Shown here piece after piece: positions 19,029 through 28,907 of a DNA stretch of 64,000 bases. The notes beneath the pieces are model-generated. The model worked only from the letters and a program-made list of their open reading frames with translations, was not told the origin of the DNA and made no database searches. The stretch is from an uncultured Lachnospiraceae bacterium (lineage in GTDB: Bacteria; Bacillota; Clostridia; Lachnospirales; Lachnospiraceae): the NCBI GenBank assembly GCA_964425595.1, contig CAYRMW010000002.1:9368-73367 (forward strand), written 5' to 3'. Positions within the stretch are counted from its first letter, which is position 1. Each line of letters begins with the position of its first letter. The position numbers and the translations under genes are program-made.

Positions 19029-19100
19029 GGATGGGCGGAGGAAAACGCGGGTAAATTGTACAAAAAGAACTGATTTGTATACAAAATCCCTGGCTGTGGC

Positions 19101-19129
19101 TTGACTAATCGGGAGCAGGATGTTATAAA
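19101..19129 (+). promoter_or_regulatory. sigma-A type promoter of prs (TTGACT-17-TATAAA, TG-extended)
   Basis: -35 at 19101-19106, a 17-nt spacer ending in TGT, and -10 at 19124-19129. Confidence 0.55.
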
Positions 19130-19183
19130 AGAACCGATAAAAACGCGGAAATGCAGAGAGCATCAGGATAATGGAGGGAAAAC

Positions 19184-20356
19184 ATGCTGTACGAAGAAAA
19201 GATCATTGAGACCATTCCGGTGGGGCCGTTGGGCCTGATTCCCCTGAAGAGCTGCGCGGAGCTGGGGAGAAAGGTCGATGAGTACCTGGTTGCGTGGCGG
19301 AAGGAGCGGGAAAGTGAACACAAGTCCACGATCGCCTTTGCCGGGTATCAGAGAGACAGCTACATTGTAAAGGCGTCTACGCCGCGGTTTGGCTCCGGCG
19401 AAGGAAAGGGCATGCTGGAGGAATCGGTTCGCGGCGATGATCTGTATATCATGGTTGACGTATGCAACTACAACCTGACGTATTCTTTGTGCGGGATGAC
19501 CAACCATATGTCTCCGGACGATCACTTCCAGGATCTGAAGCGGGTGATCGCCGCGGCTGCCGGAAAGGCCAGGCGCATCAACGTGATCATGCCCTTCCTG
19601 TATGAAAGCCGTCAGCACAAGCGTTCCGGCAGAGAGTCGTTGGACTGCGCGCTGGCGCTTGAGGAACTGGTGCGCATGGGGGTGGAGAACATCATTACGT
19701 TTGATGCGCATGACCCCAGAGTGCAGAACGCCATTCCGCTTAAAGGGTTTGAGACGGTACAGCCGATCTATCAGTTTATCAAGCATCTGCTGCGGCATGA
19801 GACGGAGCTGCAGATTGACAGCGACCACATGATGGTGATCAGCCCCGACGAGGGAGGCATGAACCGCGCGGTTTATTTTGCCAATGTTCTGGGACTGGAT
19901 ATGGGGATGTTCTACAAGAGGCGGGATTATACCCGGATCGTGAACGGACGCAACCCCATCGTGGCTCATGAATTCCTGGGTTCCGAGGTGGCCGGGAAGG
20001 ACGTGCTGATCATTGATGATATGATCTCCTCCGGCGATAGCATGCTGGATGTGGCCAAGGAGCTGAAGAAACGCAAGGCCAGGAAGGTCTTTGTCTGCGC
20101 GACCTTCGGCCTGTTTACCAACGGCCTGGCCAGGTTTGACGAATACTATGAGCGCGGCATGATCGACCGGATCCTGACGACCAATCTGGTCTACCAGACG
20201 CCGGAGCTTTTGTCCAGGCCATATTATATTGATGTGGATCTGAGCAAGTATATTGCGCTGATTATTGACAATTTAAATCATGACGCTTCCTTAAGCGAGC
20301 TGCTGAATCCGACGACAAGGATCAACCGTTGCCTGGAGGCGTACAGGAACCGATAA
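19184..20356 (+). CDS. prs: ribose-phosphate pyrophosphokinase (long form)
   Basis: ..ESVRGDDLYIMVD.., ..FDAHDPRVQN.. and the PRPP-binding loop VLIIDDMISSGDS. 390 aa, with insertions relative to classical Prs. Confidence 0.8.
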   Translation: MLYEEKIIETIPVGPLGLIPLKSCAELGRKVDEYLVAWRKERESEHKSTIAFAGYQRDSYIVKASTPRFGSGEGKGMLEESVRGDDLYIMVDVCNYNLTYSLCGMTNHMSPDDHFQDLKRVIAAAAGKARRINVIMPFLYESRQHKRSGRESLDCALALEELVRMGVENIITFDAHDPRVQNAIPLKGFETVQPIYQFIKHLLRHETELQIDSDHMMVISPDEGGMNRAVYFANVLGLDMGMFYKRRDYTRIVNGRNPIVAHEFLGSEVAGKDVLIIDDMISSGDSMLDVAKELKKRKARKVFVCATFGLFTNGLARFDEYYERGMIDRILTTNLVYQTPELLSRPYYIDVDLSKYIALIIDNLNHDASLSELLNPTTRINRCLEAYRNR

Positions 20357-20449
20357 GGAGAGCCTGCTGCAAAGGTGCGGCGGAACCGGCAGGGAGACAG
20401 TGCTGCGGGCGGGACGGCAGGATGGACAGAAAGCGGGTAGAAGAGACAG

Positions 20450-22933
20450 ATGAAGCGATTGCTGCAGCGGATCGGCATCCTGTTCGCGATTTTTGTCGCC
20501 GCGGGCGCCGGATATTTTTACTGGATATTTAACCGCACCGCGGAAAGCGGCACCGTGTATACCTCCATGGAGGAATCGGAGCTTCCCGTGGTATATGTAA
20601 ACGCGCTTGGCAGGGAGATGAACTGCCTGTACGGTTATGTGCAGGAGATGGATGCCGCGGGGCTTCGGGACAGCCTGACGGTCCTGCCGGATGACCGGAG
20701 CCTGGATATCCGGATCGCCCGCTGCAAGGGAACGGTTACCGGGATCTACTATGAAGTCCGTACCCTGGACCGCAGCCGTCTTCTGGAGAGGACCAGCGTG
20801 GAGGACTGGACGGAGGGCGAGGACGGAACGACAGCTTCACTGCCCATCCAGAACCTGCTGGAAGAGGATCAGGAGTACCTTCTGACGCTGACGGTGGAGA
20901 CGGATGTCAACGGTGCGGTGCGCTATTACACCAGGATCGTCTGGACGGACAACACCAAAGCGCAGCAGATGGTTGATCTGGCCGTGGAATTTTCCGCGAA
21001 GACGTTTGAAGCGGGGCAGGCGTCCTGGCTTGCGCCTTATCTGGAAAGCGACAGCACAGGAGACAATACTAATCTGGGACGGGTAAACCTCCATTCCAGT
21101 TCATCCCAGATCACCTGGGGCGGCCTCGCGATGGAGCAGGCAGGAGAGGTCCTGGTCACGTTAAAGGAGTTGAATGGCGACATGGCTTCGGTGACGCTGG
21201 AATACCTTGCTGTCCGCAGCCCGTCGGACGACCCGGATCAGACCGAATATTATGAGGTAGAGGACAGCTTTACCATGCGCTGGGGCGATCCGCGGATCTA
21301 CATGATGGATTTTGAGCGCCGGGTGGATCAGATCTTTACCGGCAGCCAGGAGCTGTTTACCGGGAGCCGCATCCTCCTTGGCATTGCCGGGGACGACCAG
21401 CTGCAGGTGGAGAAGAGCCCGGACGGGAAGATCAGCGCTTTTGTGACCAATGGGGATCTGTGGTGCTTTGATCAGAACGAAAGACGGGCGGTCAATGTCT
21501 TTTCGTTCCGCAGCAGCAATGAGCAGGGGCTTTGCCCCTCGTACGCTCAGCACGCGATCCGGATCCTGGATGTGTCGGACGAAGGGGATGTGGACTTCCT
21601 GGTATACGGCTACATGAACCGGGGAGCGCATGAGGGCTGTATGGGACTGGCCATGTACCACTACAGCAGCGACGGCCAGGCGTTGGAGGAAAGGTTTTTC
21701 GCGCCGGTGACGGAAAGTTTTGAGCGGCTGAAGATGGACATCCAGGAGCTGGCTTATTTAAATGCGTCCGGGATGCTGTATGTGAAGGTGGATAATGGGA
21801 TCTATGCCATCGACTTATCCAGCGGTGAGTACATGATCGTGGCCGAAGGGCTGGAAGAGGGCGCTTACGCCATCAGTCAGGATCAGACGCGGCTTGCCTG
21901 GCAGGAAGGGAGCCAGATCTATCAGGCGGAGGCGATCGCCCTGATGGATCTGGAGACTGGGACCAAGAATGAGATCTACGCGCAGGACGGCGGATATCTG
22001 CGGGTGCTGGGATTTGTGGGCGACGATTTTATTTACGGCCTTGCCCATGAAGGGAGCCAGTGGGTGATCAACGGACGGGTGGAGGAGCTTCCCATGTATG
22101 CCCTGGAGATCCTGGGGGAAGACATGGAAGTGCAGACCCGGTACGAGAGAGAAGGTTATTACATTGCCGGGGTTACGGTGGGGGACAGCCGGATTCATCT
22201 GAAGCGGATTGTCCAGGTGTCCGAAGATACCTATGAATCGGTGGATGAAGATACCATTGTGTGTAATGAAGAGATTGCCGATGACAGTCTGGATGGGATA
22301 GGCTGGTATGCGGATACCGAGAGGCAGAGAGTCTATTATGTCCAGCTGGACGGAGAGATCGGGAGCGGCCGGGCCATCCGTATCTTCTCGCCGGGGAAAA
22401 TCACTTACGCCAGCGCAGCGGTGCTGAACTTAAGTTCTTCGGTGTCGGTGCCGGGCATGGTCTTTTGCGCTTACGGCGGCGGCCATCTGCTTGGGGTTAC
22501 CAGAGATTTTTCTGAGGCAGTGACGCTGGCTTATGAGAAGATGGGCACGGTAACCAATGCGGACGGAGAGATCCTCTGGAGCCGGGTCGACAAGCCTGCC
22601 TCAGCTTCTGTCCAGAACGCGGCGGAGGCATCCGCCAGGCTGTTGTCTCATCTGGATGAGTTTGACGGGAACCGGGAGTTTTCGGACGGGGTGATCCTTC
22701 TGGACGCCAGAGGGCTGACGCTCAGCCAGGTGCAGTATTTCCTGGGGAAGGGCTGGCCGGTACTGGCCTATGGCTCTGAGCAGGAGCGGTATGTGCTGAT
22801 CGGTTATGACCAGTATAATGTCACGATCTATCAGCCGGAGACCGGGGAGAGCTGGAAGATGGGCCTGAATGACGGCACCGCTTATTTTTCGGCGGCGGGA
22901 AATGACTTTATCTGCGCGGTCTTCGAGGAATGA
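20450..22933 (+). CDS. membrane-anchored hypothetical protein (827 aa)
   Basis: A single N-terminal TM (IGILFAIFVAAGAGYFYWIF) is followed by a large extracytoplasmic region with repetitive beta-strand-like segments. I recognise no family. No terminator separates it from prs, so it is probably cotranscribed. Confidence 0.7.
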   Translation: MKRLLQRIGILFAIFVAAGAGYFYWIFNRTAESGTVYTSMEESELPVVYVNALGREMNCLYGYVQEMDAAGLRDSLTVLPDDRSLDIRIARCKGTVTGIYYEVRTLDRSRLLERTSVEDWTEGEDGTTASLPIQNLLEEDQEYLLTLTVETDVNGAVRYYTRIVWTDNTKAQQMVDLAVEFSAKTFEAGQASWLAPYLESDSTGDNTNLGRVNLHSSSSQITWGGLAMEQAGEVLVTLKELNGDMASVTLEYLAVRSPSDDPDQTEYYEVEDSFTMRWGDPRIYMMDFERRVDQIFTGSQELFTGSRILLGIAGDDQLQVEKSPDGKISAFVTNGDLWCFDQNERRAVNVFSFRSSNEQGLCPSYAQHAIRILDVSDEGDVDFLVYGYMNRGAHEGCMGLAMYHYSSDGQALEERFFAPVTESFERLKMDIQELAYLNASGMLYVKVDNGIYAIDLSSGEYMIVAEGLEEGAYAISQDQTRLAWQEGSQIYQAEAIALMDLETGTKNEIYAQDGGYLRVLGFVGDDFIYGLAHEGSQWVINGRVEELPMYALEILGEDMEVQTRYEREGYYIAGVTVGDSRIHLKRIVQVSEDTYESVDEDTIVCNEEIADDSLDGIGWYADTERQRVYYVQLDGEIGSGRAIRIFSPGKITYASAAVLNLSSSVSVPGMVFCAYGGGHLLGVTRDFSEAVTLAYEKMGTVTNADGEILWSRVDKPASASVQNAAEASARLLSHLDEFDGNREFSDGVILLDARGLTLSQVQYFLGKGWPVLAYGSEQERYVLIGYDQYNVTIYQPETGESWKMGLNDGTAYFSAAGNDFICAVFEE

Positions 22934-23105
22934 TCATCCGAAATGCCGGACGCGGGCGGAAACGGCCCTGCCGGTTTGCGCGGCAAGCTTTACAAAATGA
23001 CATAAAATGGTATATAATGTGGGGGAGAACCGTAAGATCGTTTGGGATATCGGATGCCGGAGAGCGCGGCGTTGCTCTCCCGATCCATAATCATAGAGGT
23101 GCAAA

Positions 23106-24398
23106 ATGGAACAATATATCATGAAGGGCGGCAATCCGCTGGTCGGTGAGGTCAATATCAGTGGGGCGAAGAACGCTGCTCTGGGGATTTTGGCCGCGTC
23201 GGTGATGACCGATGAAGAAGTAGTGATCGAAAATCTGCCGGATGTGCGGGATATCAAGGTGATGCTGGAGGCGATCGAGGAGATCGGGGCCAGGGTGGAC
23301 AGGATGGACTGCCACACGGTGCGGATCAATGCCTCCGGGATCGGCGAGGTGTCAGTGGACGATGAGTATATCCGCCGTATCCGTGCTTCCTATTATTTTA
23401 TCGGCGCGCTCCTGGGGAAGTATAAGAGCGCGCAGGTTCCCCTTCCGGGAGGGTGTAACATCGGCAGCCGCCCCATTGACCTGCATCTGAAGGGGTTTCG
23501 CGCCCTCGGCGCGGAGATCATGGTGGAGCGGGGGGCGGTGATCGCCCATGCCATCGATCTGGTCGGCGCACATCTGTACCTGGATAAGGTATCGGTGGGG
23601 GCGACCATTAATGTGATGATGGCGGCCACTCTGGCGGATGGCCTGACGATCATCGAGAATGCGGCCAAAGAGCCGCATGTCGTGGATGTGGCTAACTTCC
23701 TGAACAGCATGGGGGCCAATATCAAGGGCGCCGGCACGGACGTGATCCGTATCCGCGGCGTAGCCCGCCTCCATGGTACGGAATATTCCATCATCCCCGA
23801 TCAAATCGAGGCAGGCACCTTCATGTGCGCCGCGGCGATCACCCGGGGCGATGTGATGGTCCGGAACGTGATCCCGAAGCATCTGGAGGCGATTTCCGCG
23901 AAGCTGACCGAGATCGGCTGCGAAGTGATCGAGTTTGACGACGCGGTGCGGGTGGTCGGCAAGCCCGTTCAGTACCACACGAATATCAATACGCTTCCCT
24001 ATCCGGGTTTTCCTACGGATATGCAGCCACAGATCACGGTTACCCTGGCTCTGGCAAGAGGGACCAGCATCGTGACGGAGAGCATTTTTGAGAACCGGTT
24101 CAAATATGTGGATGAGCTGGCCCGTATGGGCGGAAATATCAAGGTGGAGGGCAATGTGGCCGTCATTGACGGAGTGAGGAGCTTTTCCGGCGCCGCGGTG
24201 AACGCGCCGGATCTGCGGGCAGGCGCCGCGCTGGTGATCGCCGGCCTGGCGGCTGAAGGCTATACCGTGGTGGATGAGATCGGCTATATCCAGAGAGGAT
24301 ATGAGCGCTTTGACGAGAAGCTGCGCGGTCTTGGCGCCATGATCGAGAAGGTGGATTCGGAGAAGGAAGCCCTGAAGTTCCGCCTGCGCATCGGCTAG
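23106..24398 (+). CDS. murA: UDP-N-acetylglucosamine 1-carboxyvinyltransferase
   Basis: ..GGNPLVGEVNISGAKNAALGILAAS.. and the active-site loop LPGGCNIGSRPIDLH with the catalytic Cys. Confidence 0.95.
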   Translation: MEQYIMKGGNPLVGEVNISGAKNAALGILAASVMTDEEVVIENLPDVRDIKVMLEAIEEIGARVDRMDCHTVRINASGIGEVSVDDEYIRRIRASYYFIGALLGKYKSAQVPLPGGCNIGSRPIDLHLKGFRALGAEIMVERGAVIAHAIDLVGAHLYLDKVSVGATINVMMAATLADGLTIIENAAKEPHVVDVANFLNSMGANIKGAGTDVIRIRGVARLHGTEYSIIPDQIEAGTFMCAAAITRGDVMVRNVIPKHLEAISAKLTEIGCEVIEFDDAVRVVGKPVQYHTNINTLPYPGFPTDMQPQITVTLALARGTSIVTESIFENRFKYVDELARMGGNIKVEGNVAVIDGVRSFSGAAVNAPDLRAGAALVIAGLAAEGYTVVDEIGYIQRGYERFDEKLRGLGAMIEKVDSEKEALKFRLRIG

Positions 24399-24423
24399 AG
24401 GAGGAAAAGCTGCTCAAAAGCTA

Positions 24424-24452
24424 TTGACAGACCGAAAGAAATGACTTACTAT
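24424..24452 (+). promoter_or_regulatory. sigma-A type promoter of the metK leader (TTGACA-17-TACTAT)
   Basis: -35 at 24424-24429, a 17-nt spacer, and -10 at 24447-24452. Confidence 0.5.
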
Positions 24453-24535
24453 ATGCTGTGTCGCGGCACTGCGTTTGCGCGAGCCGCGGGACGTTTGGTA
24501 TGGTACCCCCAAAATTGAAAAATTCGTAAATATCC

Positions 24536-24682
24536 CTTATTCAGAGTGATGGAGAGGTAAGGATCTGTGAAGTCACGGCAACCCCGGTTGCGCATCGCGA
24601 AGAGAAGAGCGTATGCCAGGATCGGAAGGTGCCAGCCTGAGCGAGGGCGGCAGGGAGGGCCTGCTGCGTATCGAGCAATAAG
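24536..24682 (+). promoter_or_regulatory. SAM-I (S-box) riboswitch
   Basis: P1 CUUAU..AUAAG (24536-24540 / 24678-24682). Conserved blocks are ..AGAGUGAUGGAGAGG.AAGGAUCUGUGAAGUCACGGCAACC.. and ..GGUGCCAGCCUGAGC.. It lies upstream of metK. Confidence 0.8.
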
Positions 24683-24707
24683 AGGATTTGCAGGAGATGA
24701 TCTTCAG

Positions 24708-24735
24708 GTCCGCTTATACGCGGGCTTTTCTTTTT
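24708..24735 (+). terminator. candidate riboswitch expression-platform terminator
   Basis: GTCCGC (24708-24713) pairs with GCGGGC (24720-24725), including one G-U pair, followed by TTTTCTTTTT. The loop-side CTTAT can alternatively pair with the 3' strand of P1 (ATAAG). Confidence 0.45.
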
Positions 24736-24801
24736 GCCGTCACAAAAACCAAAAGGCTGCCTCTCCGGCGGCAAAATAGCAGAAGCGAGGAGAATGAAGA
24801 G

Positions 24802-26004
24802 ATGGAAAAAGTATTGTTTACTTCGGAATCGGTTACCGAGGGCCATCCGGATAAGATGTGCGATCAGATTTCTGACGCGATCCTGGATGCGTTGTTAGAG
24901 AAGGATCCGATGAGCCGGGTGGCCTGCGAGACGGCAGTGACGACCGGCCTGGTCCTGGTGATGGGCGAGATCACCACCAATGCTTACGTGGATATCCAGA
25001 AGACGGTCCGGGAGACGATCCGGCAGATCGGCTACGATCGGGCCAAGTACGGCTTCGACTGCGATACCTGTGGGGTGATCGTAGCCATCGACGAGCAGTC
25101 CGCCGACATCGCGATGGGTGTGGACAAGGCGCTGGAGGCGAAGGAAAATAAGTTGTCGGATGAGGAGTTGGATGCCATCGGCGCAGGCGACCAGGGCATG
25201 ATGTTTGGCTTTGCTTCCAATGAGACGCCGGAGTATATGCCGTACCCCATTGCCCTGGCGCATAAGATGGCCAGAAGGCTGGCACAGGTACGCAAGGATG
25301 GGACGCTGCCCTACCTTCGTCCCGATGGAAAGACCCAGGTGACGGTGGAATACGATGAGAATGGCCGTCCCAGGCGTTTGGATGCGGTCGTTTTGTCTAC
25401 GCAGCACGACGAGGCGGTAAGTCAGGAGCAGATTCATCAGGACATTAAGAAATATGTATTCGATGCGGTGATCCCGCAGGCGATGGTGGACGCGGATACC
25501 CGGTTCTACATCAATCCCACCGGCCGCTTTGTGATCGGCGGCCCGCACGGCGACAGCGGCCTGACCGGCCGCAAGATCATCGTGGACAGTTACGGCGGAT
25601 ACGCCCGTCATGGCGGCGGCGCGTTTTCGGGGAAGGATTGCACCAAGGTGGATCGTTCTGCCGCTTACGCGGCCCGCTATGTAGCGAAGAACCTGGTAGC
25701 AGCCGGCCTGGCGGATAAGTGCGAAATCCAGCTTTCTTATGCCATCGGGGTAGCGCATCCGACTTCCATTATGGTCGACACCTTCGGCACGGGAAAGCTG
25801 AGCGATGAGAAGCTGGTGGAGATCATCCGGGAGAACTTCGATCTTCGCCCGGCCGGGATCATTAAGATGCTGGATCTGCGCCGCCCGATCTATAAGCAGA
25901 CCGCGGCTTACGGTCATTTTGGAAGAGATGACCTGGATCTGCCCTGGGAGAGACTGGACCGTGCGGAAGGATTAAGAAAGTATGCCTGCCAGACAAACGG
26001 CTGA
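24802..26004 (+). CDS. metK: S-adenosylmethionine synthetase
   Basis: [30 protein letters not shown].., [12 protein letters not shown] and the GGGAFSGKD loop. The start at 24802 follows GAGGAGAA. The ORF-track start at 24688 lies inside the riboswitch platform. Confidence 0.95.
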   Translation: MEKVLFTSESVTEGHPDKMCDQISDAILDALLEKDPMSRVACETAVTTGLVLVMGEITTNAYVDIQKTVRETIRQIGYDRAKYGFDCDTCGVIVAIDEQSADIAMGVDKALEAKENKLSDEELDAIGAGDQGMMFGFASNETPEYMPYPIALAHKMARRLAQVRKDGTLPYLRPDGKTQVTVEYDENGRPRRLDAVVLSTQHDEAVSQEQIHQDIKKYVFDAVIPQAMVDADTRFYINPTGRFVIGGPHGDSGLTGRKIIVDSYGGYARHGGGAFSGKDCTKVDRSAAYAARYVAKNLVAAGLADKCEIQLSYAIGVAHPTSIMVDTFGTGKLSDEKLVEIIRENFDLRPAGIIKMLDLRRPIYKQTAAYGHFGRDDLDLPWERLDRAEGLRKYACQTNG

Positions 26005-26033
26005 GGTTTGGGGACAGGATTGGGAGACAGCGC

Positions 26034-26789
26034 ATGAAGAAAATGATATCCTGGAACGTAAACGGCCTGCGGGCGTGCGTGGGCAAGGGATTTTTGACGT
26101 ATCTTAACGAGGTGGACGCAGATATCTTCTGTATTCAGGAAAGCAAGCTGCAGGAGGGACAAATTGACCTGGAGCTTCCCGGCTACCACCAGTACTGGAA
26201 TTACGCCCGAAAGAAAGGATATTCGGGCACGGCTATGTTCACAAAGGAAAAGCCCATCATGGTTTCATACGGGCTGGGGATCGAAGAGCATGACCAGGAA
26301 GGCCGCGTCATTACCGCGGAATTTCCGGATTATTATGTGGTTACCTGTTATACGCCGAATTCCCAGGCGGATCTTGCCCGGCTTTCTTATCGGATGATCT
26401 GGGAGGACGCCTTTCTGGCGTATCTTAAAGGGCTGGAGGCGGCCAAGCCGGTCATCTTTTGCGGCGACCTGAATGTGGCCCACCAGGAGATCGATCTGAA
26501 GAATCCGAAAGCGAACCGGAAGAACGCCGGTTTTACGGACGAGGAGCGCCAGAAATTTACGCAGCTTCTCGGCGCCGGATTTATCGACACGTTCCGCTAT
26601 TTCTATCCGGATCAGGAGGGGATCTATTCCTGGTGGTCGTACCGTTTTTCCGCGAGATCAAGGAATGCGGGGTGGCGCATTGATTATTTCTGTGTTTCGG
26701 AAAGCCTGAAAGACCGGCTTGGCGGAGCGGCCATCCATACCGAGGTTATGGGTTCGGATCATTGCCCGGTGGAGCTGGATCTGCTTTAG
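26034..26789 (+). CDS. xth: exodeoxyribonuclease III
   Basis: [23 protein letters not shown].. and the C-terminal ..[11 protein letters not shown] are ExoIII/APE hallmarks. Confidence 0.9.
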   Translation: MKKMISWNVNGLRACVGKGFLTYLNEVDADIFCIQESKLQEGQIDLELPGYHQYWNYARKKGYSGTAMFTKEKPIMVSYGLGIEEHDQEGRVITAEFPDYYVVTCYTPNSQADLARLSYRMIWEDAFLAYLKGLEAAKPVIFCGDLNVAHQEIDLKNPKANRKNAGFTDEERQKFTQLLGAGFIDTFRYFYPDQEGIYSWWSYRFSARSRNAGWRIDYFCVSESLKDRLGGAAIHTEVMGSDHCPVELDLL

Positions 26790-27002
26790 CTTAAAGGAGC
26801 GTGCGAGCGCCCGTGGGGGTGAGATGATCATCCCGCGCGGGCGCGCTTTTTGTATGAAATCGGACGGTGCCTGCCGGGGCGCTGCCGTGAAAAGGGATGG
26901 AAAAATCCGGGACTATCCCTTATAATGGTAAGGGACTCAGGTTTGAACGTAAAACGCAGAAGTGAACGATTGCTTCTCGAAAAGAGAGAGGAGTTGACTG
27001 CT

Positions 27003-28907
27003 ATGGAAAGGTTTAAGGCAGTAAGGGATGACCGGCGCTATCCGCTGGGCGCCACGCCGGCAGAGGGCGGCGTGCATTTTTCCGTGGTATGGGCGGGGGA
27101 AAGTTGCCGTCTGCTGCTGTTCGGAAAAGACAGGAAAAAAACGGAGGCGGAGATAGACTTCTCCATCCGGGAGCGCATCGGCGATGTATGGAACGTAACA
27201 GTGACCGGTGATTTTCAGGATATAGCGTATTGTTATGAGATGGATGGCGTGCGGAAAGAGGATCCTTACGGGCTCCGCTTTTACGGGAGAGAGAAATGGG
27301 GTAATGAAAAAAATCTGTCCCGCGTTCTGTTCGCGTCCGCGCTGTCCGGCGTCTATGACTGGGAGGGGGATGAGCAGCCGGAGATCTCGTTTGAGGACTG
27401 CATCCTCTACCGGCTCCATGTCCGCGGGTTTACCAGGCACGTTTCTTCCGGTGTGGAAAACCGGGGAACCTTTGCCGGGATCCGGGAGAAGATCCCCTAT
27501 CTGAAAGAACTGGGGGTTACCACTCTGGAGATCCTGCCGCCGGTAGAGTTTCAGGAGGTCATGGTCCAGACCGGGCCGGGCCAGAATCCATACCTGCAGG
27601 AGGATATTCCTTCGGGAAAGCTGAATTACTGGGGTTTTGTCCCGGGACTCTTCTTTGCGCCGAAGGCCTCGTACTGCTCCGGCCGCGAGAAGGATCCGGA
27701 GAAGGAGATGAAGGATCTGGTCAAGGCCCTTCACCGGGAGGGGATGGAACTGATCATCGATCTGTTCTTCACCGGCCGGGAGGCGGAATGCTATGTGCTG
27801 GATGTGCTCCGCTTCTGGGCCAGAGAGTACCATGTGGACGGCTTTCATCTCATCGGCTATGTGCCGGCCGCGCTGGTGGGCGGAGACCCTTATCTAAGCC
27901 GCGTCAAACTCTTTTCTTCGTCATGGGAGGGGATCAATGGCGGCCGGCACCGGCACTTGGCTGAGTACAATGATGGATTCTGCATCGAGATGCGGCGTTT
28001 TCTGAAGGGCGATGAGGATATGCTTAACCACGTGATCGCCAGGACCAGAAAGAATCCGTCCGCCTTCGGCGTCGTGAATTATATGGCGAATACCAACGGC
28101 TTTACGCTGATGGATGCCGTTTCCTATGACCGAAAGCACAATGAGGACAACGGAGAACACAACCAGGACGGCTGCGATTACAATTATTCCTGGAACTGCG
28201 GCGTGGAGGGCCCCACCCGAAAGAAAAAGATCGTGGAGATGCGCCGGAAGCTGCTGCGCAACGCGTTCCTCCTTGCTTTCCTCAGCCAGGGGACTCCGTT
28301 AATTCTGGCAGGAGATGAATTCGGCAATTCCAAGAATGGGAACAATAACGCCTACTGCCAGGATAACGAGATCTCCTGGCTGAACTGGAACCAGATGAAA
28401 ACAAATAAGGAGCAGCTGGAATTTGTTAAGGCCGTGATCCGGTTCAGGAAGGCGCATCCGATCTTTCATATGCCCGGGGAGGCGAGGAATGTCGATTATC
28501 ATTCCCTTGGTATGCCGGATGTCTCTTATCATGGGGTCAAGGCGTGGTGCCCGGAATTTGAAAATTTCCGACGTCAGCTGGGGATCCTTTACTGCGGCCC
28601 CTATGCGAAGAAGGCGGACGGCAGTCCGGATGATTACTTCTTCGTTGCCTACAACATGCACTGGGAACCGCACGATTTTGCGCTCCCGAACCTTCCGAAG
28701 ACCATGCGGTGGTTTGTGGCGATGAACACCGATTCCCGGGATGGGACGGCAGTCTGCGCGCCGGGAAAGGAACTCTTTTTGGACAAGCAGAAGCAGTATC
28801 TGGTCCCGCCGAGGACGATCGTGGTGTTTATCGGGAAAGTATGGGGAGAAAAAAAGAGCAAAGCCGGAAAGAAGGGGAAGGGAAAGGATGAGGCAGAGCG
28901 CGTTTAA
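27003..28907 (+). CDS. GlgX/isoamylase-like GH13 protein with substituted catalytic motifs (predicted inactive)
   Basis: ATG 27003 follows GAGAGGAG. It has a CBM48-like N-terminus and strong GlgX blocks (YDRKHNEDNGEHNQDG, LSQGTPLILAGDEFGNSKNGNNNAYCQDNEISWLNW). However, regions I-IV read IIDLFFTGRE, HVDGFHLIGY, KLFSSSWEG and NYMANTNGFTL, so the Asp/Glu/Asp triad and the conserved His residues are absent. Confidence 0.8.
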   Translation: MERFKAVRDDRRYPLGATPAEGGVHFSVVWAGESCRLLLFGKDRKKTEAEIDFSIRERIGDVWNVTVTGDFQDIAYCYEMDGVRKEDPYGLRFYGREKWGNEKNLSRVLFASALSGVYDWEGDEQPEISFEDCILYRLHVRGFTRHVSSGVENRGTFAGIREKIPYLKELGVTTLEILPPVEFQEVMVQTGPGQNPYLQEDIPSGKLNYWGFVPGLFFAPKASYCSGREKDPEKEMKDLVKALHREGMELIIDLFFTGREAECYVLDVLRFWAREYHVDGFHLIGYVPAALVGGDPYLSRVKLFSSSWEGINGGRHRHLAEYNDGFCIEMRRFLKGDEDMLNHVIARTRKNPSAFGVVNYMANTNGFTLMDAVSYDRKHNEDNGEHNQDGCDYNYSWNCGVEGPTRKKKIVEMRRKLLRNAFLLAFLSQGTPLILAGDEFGNSKNGNNNAYCQDNEISWLNWNQMKTNKEQLEFVKAVIRFRKAHPIFHMPGEARNVDYHSLGMPDVSYHGVKAWCPEFENFRRQLGILYCGPYAKKADGSPDDYFFVAYNMHWEPHDFALPNLPKTMRWFVAMNTDSRDGTAVCAPGKELFLDKQKQYLVPPRTIVVFIGKVWGEKKSKAGKKGKGKDEAERV

